Below, piece after piece: positions 39,658 to 48,741 of a stretch of 64,000 nucleotides of DNA (position 1 is the first letter of the stretch; every line of letters begins with the position of its first letter). Position numbers and translations under genes: made by a program. The DNA comes from Candidatus Latescibacterota bacterium (GTDB lineage Bacteria; Latescibacterota; UBA2968; GCA-2709665): assembly GCA_965116875.1 (NCBI GenBank), contig OZ220733.1, forward strand, positions 4,672,001 through 4,736,000, in the 5' to 3' direction. The notes beneath the pieces were generated by a model. It did no database searches. It was not told the DNA's origin and saw nothing but the letters and a program-made list of their open reading frames with translations.

Positions 39658-41264
39658 TCGCCGACTCCCCTCCCCTCATCTTCCGGTGGTCCGCCGACCT
39701 GATTGTCTTCAGATGCCGCGGGCTGTACTACCGCGCCGTCTTCCGAAAGCTCGATTTCTTCGTCCGCCGCGGGCTCATTCCCGTCCTCGTCTGCGGCAGC
39801 AACGGCTTCGGCAGTCGCCGCCGCTTCCTCTTCCGCGATACGCGCTGCTTCCTCTTCCGCGATACGCGCTGCTTCCTCCTCCGCGATACGCGCTGCTTCC
39901 TCCTCCGCAAGACGCGCCGCTTCCTCCTCCGCAAGACGCGCCGCTTCCTCCTCCGCCAGACGCGCTGCTTCCTCGGCCCGCTGCTTTTCAAGTTCCTCGC
40001 GGTAGGCCTGAACCTTTACGTTCACGATTTCTTCCGCGGCACTCTGGATTTTTTCTCCGGTGGACTCCCCGACTCCGGGCACTTCGAGCAATCTGACCAG
40101 CGATACATCCACAAGATCGTTGGCGGACAATATTCCGGCGGCCTCGAGACGTTCCAGCATCACCTTCCCCACCCCGGCGACTTCCGACAACGGAACAAAT
40201 GTCGCCTCCTTCTCCAATTGCATTTCCTGGAACCGGGTCTCGGTGATGATGTCGACCTTCCAGCCCGTAAGTTGCGCGGCCAGACGGGCGTTCTGTCCCG
40301 ACTTGCCAATGGCGAGCGACAACTGATCATCGTCGACGATCGCCGTCATCGTCGTTTTGTTTCGATCGACAACCACACGCTTGACCGTGGCGGGACTCAG
40401 CGAACGCGAAAGGAAGATGGCTTCATCGTCGCTCCAGGGAACAATGTCGATCCGCTCGTTGCTCAACTCCCGGACAACCGCCTGGACGCGGGAGCCCTTC
40501 ATCCCCACGCATGCGCCAACCGGATCGATCCTGGCGTCGTTCGAGTACACCGCGATTTTCGCCCTTTCGCCCGGCTCACGAGCGACAGCCTTGATTTCAA
40601 TGACGCCCTCATAGATTTCAGGGACTTCGAACTGAAAAAGCCTGACCACAAATTGCGGATGGGTCCGCGACAGCACCACCTGAGGTCCCTTGGAGGTGCG
40701 GAGGACGTTCACAAGATAGGCTCGGATCGGGTCGCCCTGACGGTAACGCTCCTTGCGAATCTGCTCCTTGAGCGGGATGACCGCCTCCGTGCGCCCCAGG
40801 TTGATGAGAATATCGCCGTGGCTGATCTGCTGGACGGTTCCGCTGATGATTTCGCCGATCCGGGTCTGGTAGTCCTCGTAGATCTTCTCGCGTTCGGCCT
40901 CCCGTACCCGCTGGATCAGGATCTGTTTGGTGGACTGGATGGCATTCCGGCCGAAATCGGCGAACCGGAGCATCTCCCGGATCTCAGTGTTGACCTTGAC
41001 GCCCGGCTGAATCTCCCGGGCAGCCGTAAGACCGATCTGCAAGGCAGGGTCCTCAACCTCATCGTCCTTGACGACGGATTTGGTGGCGAAGACCTCGATA
41101 TTGCCGGAGCTGGCGTCGATATTGACCTCGACGTTGTCCGAGGTGCCGAACCGCCTCTTCGTTGCGGAAAGCAGTCCGATTTCAAGGGTTTCGATAACCA
41201 GCGTCTTGTCGACGTTCTTTTCCTGAGCAATCTGGCCCAGCGCCTCCAGGACTTCGTAATTCAA
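39654..41264 (-). CDS. nusA: Transcription termination/antitermination factor NusA with repetitive acidic C-terminal extension
   Basis: FGRNAIQ, AREPGERAKIAV, DPVGACVG, SLAIGKSGQNARLA. Confidence 0.96.
   Translation of the reverse strand: MNYEVLEALGQIAQEKNVDKTLVIETLEIGLLSATKRRFGTSDNVEVNIDASSGNIEVFATKSVVKDDEVEDPALQIGLTAAREIQPGVKVNTEIREMLRFADFGRNAIQSTKQILIQRVREAEREKIYEDYQTRIGEIISGTVQQISHGDILINLGRTEAVIPLKEQIRKERYRQGDPIRAYLVNVLRTSKGPQVVLSRTHPQFVVRLFQFEVPEIYEGVIEIKAVAREPGERAKIAVYSNDARIDPVGACVGMKGSRVQAVVRELSNERIDIVPWSDDEAIFLSRSLSPATVKRVVVDRNKTTMTAIVDDDQLSLAIGKSGQNARLAAQLTGWKVDIITETRFQEMQLEKEATFVPLSEVAGVGKVMLERLEAAGILSANDLVDVSLVRLLEVPGVGESTGEKIQSAAEEIVNVKVQAYREELEKQRAEEAARLAEEEAARLAEEEAARLAEEEAARIAEEEAARIAEEEAARIAEEEAAATAEAVAAADEDGNEPAADEEIELSEDGAVVQPAASEDNQVGGPPEDEGRGVGE
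39821..39978 (-). repeat. 24-bp tandem repeat (~6 copies) encoding AEEEAAR(L/I) in the NusA tail
   Basis: GCTTCCTC(T/C)TCCGC-n-ACGCGC repeated at a 24-bp period. Confidence 0.9.
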
Positions 41265-41276
41265 AAGGACGTCTCC

Positions 41277-41726
41277 TCAAAAATCAAAATGGAGATTGGC
41301 TTTTCGTATTTCGTCGGCCGCAACGACCCGGGTCTCGCCATCCACCGCGAGCACGAGTTGGGGCCCATCGAATCGAGTCAGCCGACCGATCAGGACGCAT
41401 CCGCCTTCGAGTATTACCCTGACGGTCTGACCGACGGCGCGGTTGTAGTCGCGATCCGACTTCAGGGGTCTGTCGAGCCCGGGCGAGGAGACCTCGAGTA
41501 CGTAGCGCCCGCTGATTGGATCATGAGTATCGAGGACATCGGCGATTCCGCGGCTGAGGCGCGCGCATTCATCTACGGTGATGCCGTCCAGACGGTCCAC
41601 ATCGATGCGAAGCGTTCGGTTCCGGGGACTGCCGGAAAGCTGCAGGTCGACCAGATCCGCTCCCTGGTACTTCAGATAGGGTGCGACCAGCTTTTCGATG
41701 GAGTCCTGCAGTGCCGGATCGTCCAT
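41277..41726 (-). CDS. rimP: Ribosome maturation factor RimP
   Basis: GITVDECARLSR, YVLEVSSPGLDRPL. Confidence 0.95.
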   Translation of the reverse strand: MDDPALQDSIEKLVAPYLKYQGADLVDLQLSGSPRNRTLRIDVDRLDGITVDECARLSRGIADVLDTHDPISGRYVLEVSSPGLDRPLKSDRDYNRAVGQTVRVILEGGCVLIGRLTRFDGPQLVLAVDGETRVVAADEIRKANLHFDF

Positions 41727-41727
41727 A

Positions 41728-41889
41728 GAAGTTGCTTTAATTTTACCGGTGAGTTCCCGAGCGCGAGCGAAAAAGTGGTGGTCAAGCCGGGAAAATCCGC
41801 CCCTATTTGTCTATACGGGTGGGTTTGACCAACGCCGACCGCCGCTTTTGCAGCCGCGCGAAGACCGCTGGGAATTTTAAGACCGCTTC
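41728..41889. mobile_element. 162-bp MITE-like hairpin element, copy 1
   Basis: Imperfect TIRs GAAGTTGCTTTAA...TTAAGACCGCTTC; ATA direct repeat on both flanks; 8 mismatches to copy 2. Confidence 0.8.
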
Positions 41890-41925
41890 ATAATTCCTCA
41901 AGACTCGAATGTGGCCCCTATATTC

Positions 41926-41950
41926 AAAAGAGCGGGCATCCGCCCACTCT
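41926..41950 (-). promoter_or_regulatory. rimP leader hairpin (possible attenuator)
   Basis: Minus strand AGAGTGGGC-ggat-GCCCGCTCT-TTT, downstream of a TATAAC -10-like box (41985-41990). Confidence 0.5.
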
Positions 41951-42022
41951 CGCTATTCAGAAAAATAAATATATGGTATTTCACGTTATAGCGCAAGCAC
42001 AAATTTCCCAACCGGCGCCTGC

Positions 42023-42385
42023 TCACGCGCCTCCGTCGACAAGATGCCTGAGCTCAACCAGCATTCTGCGCATCTCGTCAATGACCTCTTCCGGTCTCCG
42101 GGGTTGCCGGGACCCTGCCGTCTCCGCCTCCACACGGAGATCCCGCCACAGAGAGGGCTCTTCCCTGAGCCTTTCACGTGCCCCTCTGACCGTGTATTTT
42201 TCGTCCTGCCTCAGGCGTCTGATGGCCAGGATGATCTTGATGTCCCGCTCCCGGTAGAGCCGCTTCCCGGCACGGGCGCGCCGGGGCTGGAGCATTGGAA
42301 ACTCCTTCTCCCAATAGCGCAGTACCTGAGGTTCAATACCGGTTCTTTCAGATACATCCCGGATGGAATAGTAAATCCTGTTCAT
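42023..42385 (-). CDS. MerR family transcriptional regulator
   Basis: YYSIRDVSERTGIEPQVLRYWEKEF..GKRLYRERD. Confidence 0.88.
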   Translation of the reverse strand: MNRIYYSIRDVSERTGIEPQVLRYWEKEFPMLQPRRARAGKRLYRERDIKIILAIRRLRQDEKYTVRGARERLREEPSLWRDLRVEAETAGSRQPRRPEEVIDEMRRMLVELRHLVDGGA

Positions 42386-42387
42386 TG

Positions 42388-42549
42388 GAAGTTGTTTTAA
42401 AATTACCGGTGAGTTCCCGAGCGCGAGCGAAAAAGTGGCGGTCAAGGCGGGAAAATCCGCCCATATTTGTCTATACGGGTGGGTTTGACCAACGCCGACC
42501 GCCGCTTTTGCAGCCGTGCGAAGACCGCTGGGAATTTTAAGACAGCTTC
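42388..42549. mobile_element. 162-bp MITE-like hairpin element, copy 2
   Basis: TIRs GAAGTTGTTTTAAAATT...AATTTTAAGACAGCTTC; ~95% identical to 41728-41889. Confidence 0.8.
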
Positions 42550-42556
42550 GTGGGCG

Positions 42557-43876
42557 TCATCGCTTCTTCTTGAATACAATCCGTACCGGGGTCCCCTCCA
42601 GTTCGAATCGCTCCCGCAACCGCCGTTCCAGATACCGACGATAGTGTTCCGGCACGTCCCGTGGTCTCGTGGTAAAGAAGATCACCGTTGGCGGCTCCAC
42701 CGTGGGCTGAACACAATAATATACCTTTGACGCCCGTCCCCTCCTTGTGGGCGGCGGATGGGAGGCATTGACCTCTTCCAGGAAACGATTCAGGGCGGAG
42801 GTTGCAATTCGCTGGCGGCGCCTGTCGTAAATCTCGAGCGCCGTTTCCACCAGCTTCCAGGCACGCTGGCCGGATAGCGCGGAGACGAAGAAGATCGGAA
42901 AATCCCTTAACGAGGGAAACCGGCCGACGATGTCCCGTATGTGTACGATGGCCGTTTTGTCGTCTTTCTCAATCAGATCCCATTTGTTCATCGCCAGCAG
43001 CGCGCCCTTGCCCGCTTCGGCCGCGTCGCCGAGAATCTTGACGTCCTGAAGTGTGATGCCTTCGTTCGCATCGGCAATGACGATGGCAACGTCGCACCGG
43101 TCCAGACTCGTCCTGGTGCGTACCGTACTGTAATATTCGACCTGCTCCTTCACCTTCGTACGCCTGCGAAGTCCCGCGGTATCGATCAGCAGGAGTTCTC
43201 GTCCGTCTCGCTTCAATGACAGATCGATTGCATCCCGCGTCGTTCCGGGAACCGGGCTGACCACCATCCGGTCTTCACCGGCCAGCCGATTGATAAAGGT
43301 GGACTTCCCGACATTGGGCCGGCCCACAACCGCAATTCGGGGCGGGCCGTCATCCTCATCGGCGGACGGATCGGCCTCCGGTATGAGCGAGACCACCTCA
43401 TCCAGAAGATCGCCGGACTTCCGCCCGCTCAACGCTGACACTGGAACGGGCTCGCCAAGGGCCAGGCCGTAGAAGCCGGCCACATCCGGCTCGTCCCGGT
43501 CTGAATCCACTTTGTTGACAACCGGCAGGCACGGCGTCCCGTTCAGGCGCACAAGCCGGGCGATGGCCGAGTCGTCGTCGGTCGGACCCGTCTTGGCGTC
43601 CATCACCAGCAGGACCACGTCCGCTTCCGCCACGGCCATTTCCACCTGGTCTCCGACGGATTGTGCGATGCCCGCCTCCGGATTGAGCGTATAGCCGCCC
43701 GTATCCACCAGCGTGAAGACCCGGCGGTTCCACGAAACCTCCGCGTAGTTTCGATCCCTGGTCACGCCTGGCAAATCGTCCACGACGGCCCGCCGCTGCC
43801 CCAGAAACCGGTTGAAGAGCGTGGATTTGCCGACGTTGGGTCGCCCGACTATCGCTACGACGCGTTGCTTCGGCAC
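42557..43876 (-). CDS. der: Ribosome biogenesis GTPase Der (EngA)
   Basis: Two GRPNVGKST G-domains, DTGG/DTAG, NKVD/NKWD; GTG start with GGAG SD. Confidence 0.96.
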   Translation of the reverse strand: MPKQRVVAIVGRPNVGKSTLFNRFLGQRRAVVDDLPGVTRDRNYAEVSWNRRVFTLVDTGGYTLNPEAGIAQSVGDQVEMAVAEADVVLLVMDAKTGPTDDDSAIARLVRLNGTPCLPVVNKVDSDRDEPDVAGFYGLALGEPVPVSALSGRKSGDLLDEVVSLIPEADPSADEDDGPPRIAVVGRPNVGKSTFINRLAGEDRMVVSPVPGTTRDAIDLSLKRDGRELLLIDTAGLRRRTKVKEQVEYYSTVRTRTSLDRCDVAIVIADANEGITLQDVKILGDAAEAGKGALLAMNKWDLIEKDDKTAIVHIRDIVGRFPSLRDFPIFFVSALSGQRAWKLVETALEIYDRRRQRIATSALNRFLEEVNASHPPPTRRGRASKVYYCVQPTVEPPTVIFFTTRPRDVPEHYRRYLERRLRERFELEGTPVRIVFKKKR

Positions 43877-43901
43877 AGATTGGACTCCATTGCCTGCCGC
43901 G

Positions 43902-45320
43902 TCAGGCCACCTGATGCGACGTGATATACGGATGCTGCGTTTCCGCTGGATCGTGAACTGCGCCCGGGCGCCGCGCATCCCCGCGGGCGACCCGCGCCGC
44001 CGTATCCGCAAGATCATAGGTGCCAACCCGGACCGGGCGTTTCATGGCCAGTTCCACGTCGTTCGGGGTGAGGTCGTCAAGAAACAGGCCGTGATGACTG
44101 ACGCAGTTGGGCGGCAAAATCACGACGTCGGTCTCCTGCCACTGCGTTTCAAGGGCATGCAGCATGTCCGCTCCTGTCAGCAGTCCCGAGACCGTAATTC
44201 CTTCACCCAGAAAGCGGTTCTTCACCTCCACAACGTGCGCGGTCATCCACGGGATCCGGTTCAGTCGCTCCGCCATCGGCCGGATGAAACCCGCACCAAG
44301 CACGCTCGTGACCAGCGTCATTGTAATCGGTCTGCAATTCAGCGTTTCCAGATCGGCCACTCCCTCCTCGAAGAGATCCGAGAACCGCCGGACCATTCCA
44401 ACGCCGTTTTCCACGAGCGGAAAGCCGTCGTAGTGCGCGGCCTCCGGGATTCCCTGACCGGCCATCAGATAGAACTCGTCCCCGAAATAGACGAAATTGA
44501 CGCCGAACCTGCGGTGAAGTTGGCGCTGCCACGCCGCGGCGTGGTCCAGGCACGTTTGTGCGACTTCGGGAGTTACCGGGTCCAGGCGCGGCAGATTCTG
44601 GCGGTACCGGGTCAGTCCCAGTGGAACAATGCCCACGGACGCTATGGAAGGGTACCATTGGGCCAGATCAAACACCGTGCGCTTCAGGTGCTGCCCGTCG
44701 TTGACGCCCGGGCACAGAACAACCTGCGCGTGCATTTGAATGTTGTGTTTCGCCAGGAATCCGATGCGCTCCATGACGTCCACCGGCTCCGAACGCCCCA
44801 GCAACGTACCCCTGAGATCCGGATCGGTGGCGTGGACCGAAATGTACATGGGACTCAGACGCTGTTCGACAATTCTCATAAACTCCGCTTCGGACAGATT
44901 CGTGAGCGTTACGTACGCGCCGTGCAGGAATGAAAGTCTGTAATCATCATCCTGATAATAAAGGGTTTTACGCATTTTCCTTGGCATCTGGTGGAGAAAA
45001 CAGAATACGCACTTGTTGTTGCATTTGATGATGGGCATCTCGGCCAGGGTCAGGCCAAGATCGTCGTCCGTGTCCTTTTCGATATCCACCACGACGACGT
45101 CCGTTCCCCGCCGGAGAACCACCTCCACCGCTTCTTCGGCGACGTGGAAACGATAGTCGATGGGATCGCGAACGGATTCGCCGTTGATGGTCTCGATGAC
45201 GTCCCCGGGAAGGATGCCGACAGCCTCTCCGGTACCTCCGGAGACAACGGCTTCAACACCAATTCCAGCGACAGCTTCATCGACCTGAGGCAGTCCCTCT
45301 ATCTTTCCCGACTTTAACAT
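43902..45320 (-). CDS. PDZ + DUF512 putative Fe-S/radical-SAM-like protein
   Basis: GILPGDVIETING (PDZ), CNNKCVFC, DDDYRLSFLHG, ENGVG, TVSGLLTG. Confidence 0.85.
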   Translation of the reverse strand: MLKSGKIEGLPQVDEAVAGIGVEAVVSGGTGEAVGILPGDVIETINGESVRDPIDYRFHVAEEAVEVVLRRGTDVVVVDIEKDTDDDLGLTLAEMPIIKCNNKCVFCFLHQMPRKMRKTLYYQDDDYRLSFLHGAYVTLTNLSEAEFMRIVEQRLSPMYISVHATDPDLRGTLLGRSEPVDVMERIGFLAKHNIQMHAQVVLCPGVNDGQHLKRTVFDLAQWYPSIASVGIVPLGLTRYRQNLPRLDPVTPEVAQTCLDHAAAWQRQLHRRFGVNFVYFGDEFYLMAGQGIPEAAHYDGFPLVENGVGMVRRFSDLFEEGVADLETLNCRPITMTLVTSVLGAGFIRPMAERLNRIPWMTAHVVEVKNRFLGEGITVSGLLTGADMLHALETQWQETDVVILPPNCVSHHGLFLDDLTPNDVELAMKRPVRVGTYDLADTAARVARGDARRPGAVHDPAETQHPYITSHQVA

Positions 45321-45458
45321 ATGGCGTTATATGTACCTGTTAGAGAATAAAGTGCATAAAAAACTTAACCCATCACTTTGAAGTTAAAGCAAATCGGTGA
45401 AAGGTCAAGAAAAATGTGAGAATCCGGCGGCAAAATCGGATGCGTCTCTGCAAGAACT

Positions 45459-46001
45459 CTACGGTTCGGGAGCGGACAGCAGCCCGGGTCGATCGCCGGC
45501 GATCTGGCACAAAAGGAGTGGGTCCAGATCGATGGCGCCATGCAGGGACTGCGCCTTCAGGAGCTGCTGCGCGGTCAGTCCTTCCGCGCCCGTAAACGTG
45601 GTGCTTCGAAGGTCCGTATTGTGGAATACGGCGTCTGCAAGTTCCGTTTCTTTAAGCGAGCCCTCGCTCAGATCGCAATCGGTAAAATCGGCGCCTGCAA
45701 GCACCGCCCCGTAGAGGTTCACGCAGTTCAGGTTGGCCTGCCGGAAGGTGGCATTCCGGAGATAGGCATCGCTCAGGTCCGTGTGGTCCAGCACGGTGCA
45801 GTCGAAGTTCGCGCCTATAAGCGTGGCGGAACTCAGGTTGTCGTAGCTCAGGTCCATGCCGCTGAAATCCACGCCGCTGAGGTCTTCGTAGCTGAAGTCG
45901 GCGCCGGACAAATCAGGCGTGAGACTCTCGTTTTCAGTCCGCCATCGATTCCAGCCCTGAACGCTGTTCCTGATGATCTCAAGGTGGTTCGGATTCGCCA
46001 T
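45459..46001 (-). CDS. Pentapeptide repeat protein
   Basis: WNRWR followed by A(D/N)(L/F)xx repeats. Confidence 0.9.
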   Translation of the reverse strand: MANPNHLEIIRNSVQGWNRWRTENESLTPDLSGADFSYEDLSGVDFSGMDLSYDNLSSATLIGANFDCTVLDHTDLSDAYLRNATFRQANLNCVNLYGAVLAGADFTDCDLSEGSLKETELADAVFHNTDLRSTTFTGAEGLTAQQLLKAQSLHGAIDLDPLLLCQIAGDRPGLLSAPEP

Positions 46002-46031
46002 ATTTCGACCGTACTGGATGTCTTGAGGCGC

Positions 46032-46931
46032 TTACGTCGCGAGCGTTTCGACGAAAAAGCTCACGAAGCGCCCGGAATCCACATCCACACAAACCTCCGC
46101 GTTCGCCTCTACGTCGTCGGACCGGACCGGGACCGTCGCGCCGTTGAGCCTGTCGGAGCACGTTTCAACGTGGATGGCGCCGGACCGGGTTTCACAGAAC
46201 GTGGGATCGAACACCATCGCTACGGCGAGAGGATCGTGCAGTATGGGATGTTCACGCCCGGAATCCTCCCGCCAGAGCTGAATAAGATCGAGGCAGAGCC
46301 GGTTGATGGGCCTGCCCGCGTCACCGATCGCCTGTACCTGCGCGGTATCCAGGCGGCACTTTTCGGTCACGTCGAGGCCCACCATGGTGATCGGAGCCCC
46401 GGCGCCGAACACCACGTGCGCCGCTTCGGGGTCGCAGAGGATGTTCCACTCCGCCCTCATCCGCCCCACGCATCCGCCCATCAGACAGATCGTCATCTTC
46501 CGCGCCAGACGCGGCTCCACCGTCAACGCGGCCGCGATATTCGTCAGTGGGCCGATTGGAACAAGCGTTATGTCTCCGGCGCCGCCCATTACCGTTTCGA
46601 CGATGAAATCGACCGCCCGCTCCTCGGCAGGCTGCGACGGTCCCGGGTATCGCCGGATGGCCGCCATCTGCCGCGGTCGATGCTTCTCAATGGCGGCCTG
46701 CCCCTTCGATGCGGTATCGAAAAGCGGCTTGCCGAGACCGGCGTAGACGGGAACGTCGCCCCTTCCCAGCGCATCCAGGACGCAACACGCCAGCTCAGCT
46801 CGTCGCGCCGTATCGCGGAACACCGTCGTCACACCCACAAGCTCGATCTCCCCGCAAAGCAGCGCGAAAGCCAGCGCCAACGCGTCATCCACGTCGTCGC
46901 CGATATCCGTGTCGAGGATGATTTTCTTCAT
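46032..46931 (-). CDS. Nucleoside hydrolase (IUNH family)
   Basis: DTDIGDDVDD, IGPLTNIA, EWNILCDPEAA, LHDPLA. Confidence 0.92.
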   Translation of the reverse strand: MKKIILDTDIGDDVDDALALAFALLCGEIELVGVTTVFRDTARRAELACCVLDALGRGDVPVYAGLGKPLFDTASKGQAAIEKHRPRQMAAIRRYPGPSQPAEERAVDFIVETVMGGAGDITLVPIGPLTNIAAALTVEPRLARKMTICLMGGCVGRMRAEWNILCDPEAAHVVFGAGAPITMVGLDVTEKCRLDTAQVQAIGDAGRPINRLCLDLIQLWREDSGREHPILHDPLAVAMVFDPTFCETRSGAIHVETCSDRLNGATVPVRSDDVEANAEVCVDVDSGRFVSFFVETLAT

Positions 46932-47059
46932 TGGTTTCCCTTTTCCCGTACCTGTACACATATCACACCTGTTCAAAAACGGATCAATTAACTACAAATG
47001 TCGCGAATATACGCGAAATATATGGCTGGAGAAATCGTCCACATACGCGAACCGACGGC

Positions 47060-47163
47060 CAACCTGGTTTTCGTGATCCGGATCAATCCCGTACAAAACC
47101 GCCAATTGAAGCCACTTTTCGAACCTCATCTCCGAGAATTCCACGGTTCCTGGACAACAATGT
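47060..47163. repeat. ~104-bp dispersed direct repeat, copy 1
   Basis: Ungapped match of roughly 80% to 48496-48599. Confidence 0.75.
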
Positions 47164-47177
47164 CCGCACATGTATTC

Positions 47178-47202
47178 GTAGGGGCGACCCTTGTGGTCGC
47201 CT
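47178..47202. repeat. GTAG-type REP-like palindrome
   Basis: GTAG-GGGCGACC-cttgt-GGTCGCCT. Confidence 0.7.
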
Positions 47203-47286
47203 TGGGGTCGGCAGACTTCGAATGTCAATGCAGACCTGCCGAAACGTGGTCATTGAGCTTGTCGAAATGCCCGTGTATCGTACACC

Positions 47287-47952
47287 CTACCCCACTTCAC
47301 CTGCTTCTGATTCAGAATTAGACCATTCCTGGATCAAGACGGATGGATTATCCGCATCCACGGGCCGCGCACCTTGTTCAAACAAGTGCGAATTATCCTC
47401 TGAAGCCAGCGCGAACACCGTTTTCCCAGCCCCAGTCGCCTCCCGGCAGAGCGCCTCGATCTTCCCCCCTGTTTCCCCGTGGGCGATCAGGATGACGTCC
47501 GCGAGCCCGGCGACACGTGCATTTCGTTCGGCTGCGGTCGCTGCGGTGGGACGACGGACCCGGTCGTCGAAAAAGGACAGAAACATGAGACGGCCATCAT
47601 TGAGCGGTTGTTTCCATACCTCTAGAATCCGCATCTTGCAGAGCCCGCGGGCCGGACAGACGACGACCTGTGCCGATCCTCGCAACAACAGGCTCAGGAA
47701 TTCCCGTTCCATTGGCGACTGAAACCCACCCACAAACGTGACGCCAAAGTCCCGCACAGCCCTCGCAAGATCGAACGTCTTCAGGATCACGTCGCCGGGA
47801 CATCGGACCGAACAGAAGAAACCGATCAACCGGCCCTCAAGGATCGCCGGATCCCCCAATACTGCAACCGGCTCCTCTCCCCGGGCGCCGATGCATCGCC
47901 TCAACACCGCCGGCAGTTCCGGCGTGCATCTGTCGAAACGCACGATATTCAA
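47287..47952 (-). CDS. DprA/SMF (SLOG)-like protein
   Basis: GFFCSVRCPG, VGGFQSPMERE, VCPARG, ERNARVAGLAD. Confidence 0.7.
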   Translation of the reverse strand: MNIVRFDRCTPELPAVLRRCIGARGEEPVAVLGDPAILEGRLIGFFCSVRCPGDVILKTFDLARAVRDFGVTFVGGFQSPMEREFLSLLLRGSAQVVVCPARGLCKMRILEVWKQPLNDGRLMFLSFFDDRVRRPTAATAAERNARVAGLADVILIAHGETGGKIEALCREATGAGKTVFALASEDNSHLFEQGARPVDADNPSVLIQEWSNSESEAGEVG

Positions 47953-48013
47953 TAGATTATTTCCGGGCTGATTTTCGGGCGAAAGCTCAGGTTTGGTTCA
48001 ATTCGAAACAAAA

Positions 48014-48470
48014 CAACCGTCAATTTACCGCAAAAAGCACAAAAGGCACAGAAGGTTACATTGCGTGAACGAGGGGAAAGGGAATCAAACTACGAATAAC
48101 GCGAATCGACGCGAAAAAGGCTGAAAGGCAGAAAAAAGCATTGGTCAGTGGTCAGCGAGAAAACGGGAGATTCTTCGACTCCGCTCAGAATGACACGTTG
48201 ACCGATAGGCGGGCACGTTGCTTCCCGCTGTCATCCAGAGGAGGCCTGCGCGCGACGCCGGCGAAACATACCCGTTACACGTACTTCCCACTGTCATTTC
48301 CGGAAGACTTGCCCTGAGCCTGCGGTCCCTGAGCTTGTCGAAGAGTCGAAAGATGCGCAGGCCGACGAAGGATCTACTGCAGCATCAGATCAACGGCGAG
48401 CGTCTCCCTATCAGTCTGAACAAAAATGCAGCACAAGCGTTCCTGCTTCGACTTCGCTCAGAATGACATG
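48014..48470. repeat. Cluster of short repeats: AAACTACGAA periodic unit, REP-like TGTCAT.../...AGAATGACA elements, nested CCCTGAGCTTGTCGAAG
   Basis: 48087 AAACTACGAATAACGCGAATCGACGCGAA; CTTCGACT(C/T)CGCTCAGAATGACA at ~48173 and ~48446; 48323 CGGTCCCTGAGCTTGTCGAAG. Confidence 0.75.
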
Positions 48471-48495
48471 GGTTGCAACAGATGCGAACCCATGA

Positions 48496-48599
48496 CAACC
48501 TGTTCATTGTTATCCGAGTCAGACCTGTACAAGATCGCCAATTGAAGGCACTTTTCAAACCTCATCTCCAGGAATCCCACGGTTCCTGGACAGCAATGT
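48496..48599. repeat. ~104-bp dispersed direct repeat, copy 2
   Basis: Matches 47060-47163; contains the hairpin CCAGGAA...TTCCTGG. Confidence 0.75.
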
Positions 48600-48651
48600 G
48601 ACCTCATAAATATTTCTCTAATTCGCGCTGGACGGGTTCAGTTCTTCTGTT

Positions 48652-48741
48652 TCATGCACGTGTCGAGCCTGGCATTACATCCGCAACTTCGCCTAGATCA
48701 ACGCGTGCCGTTTCAAGCCACACTCTCACTTGATTTCTCAT
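48652..48741 (-). pseudogene. Truncated HEPN-like toxin remnant
   Basis: MRNQVRVWLETARVDL start overlaps the upstream nucleotidyltransferase stop; only 29 codons long. Confidence 0.45.

Noticed and set aside
37225-39702. 825-aa + strand ORF and other long antisense ORFs (e.g. 40218-41828, 45540-46991, 60349-61860)
   Set aside because: Shadow ORFs opposite well-conserved genes in high-GC DNA, with no recognisable motifs
41728-42549. Composite transposon carrying the MerR gene
   Set aside because: Copy 1 has its own ATA duplication, the outer flanks do not match, and the enclosed DNA includes the native rimP leader
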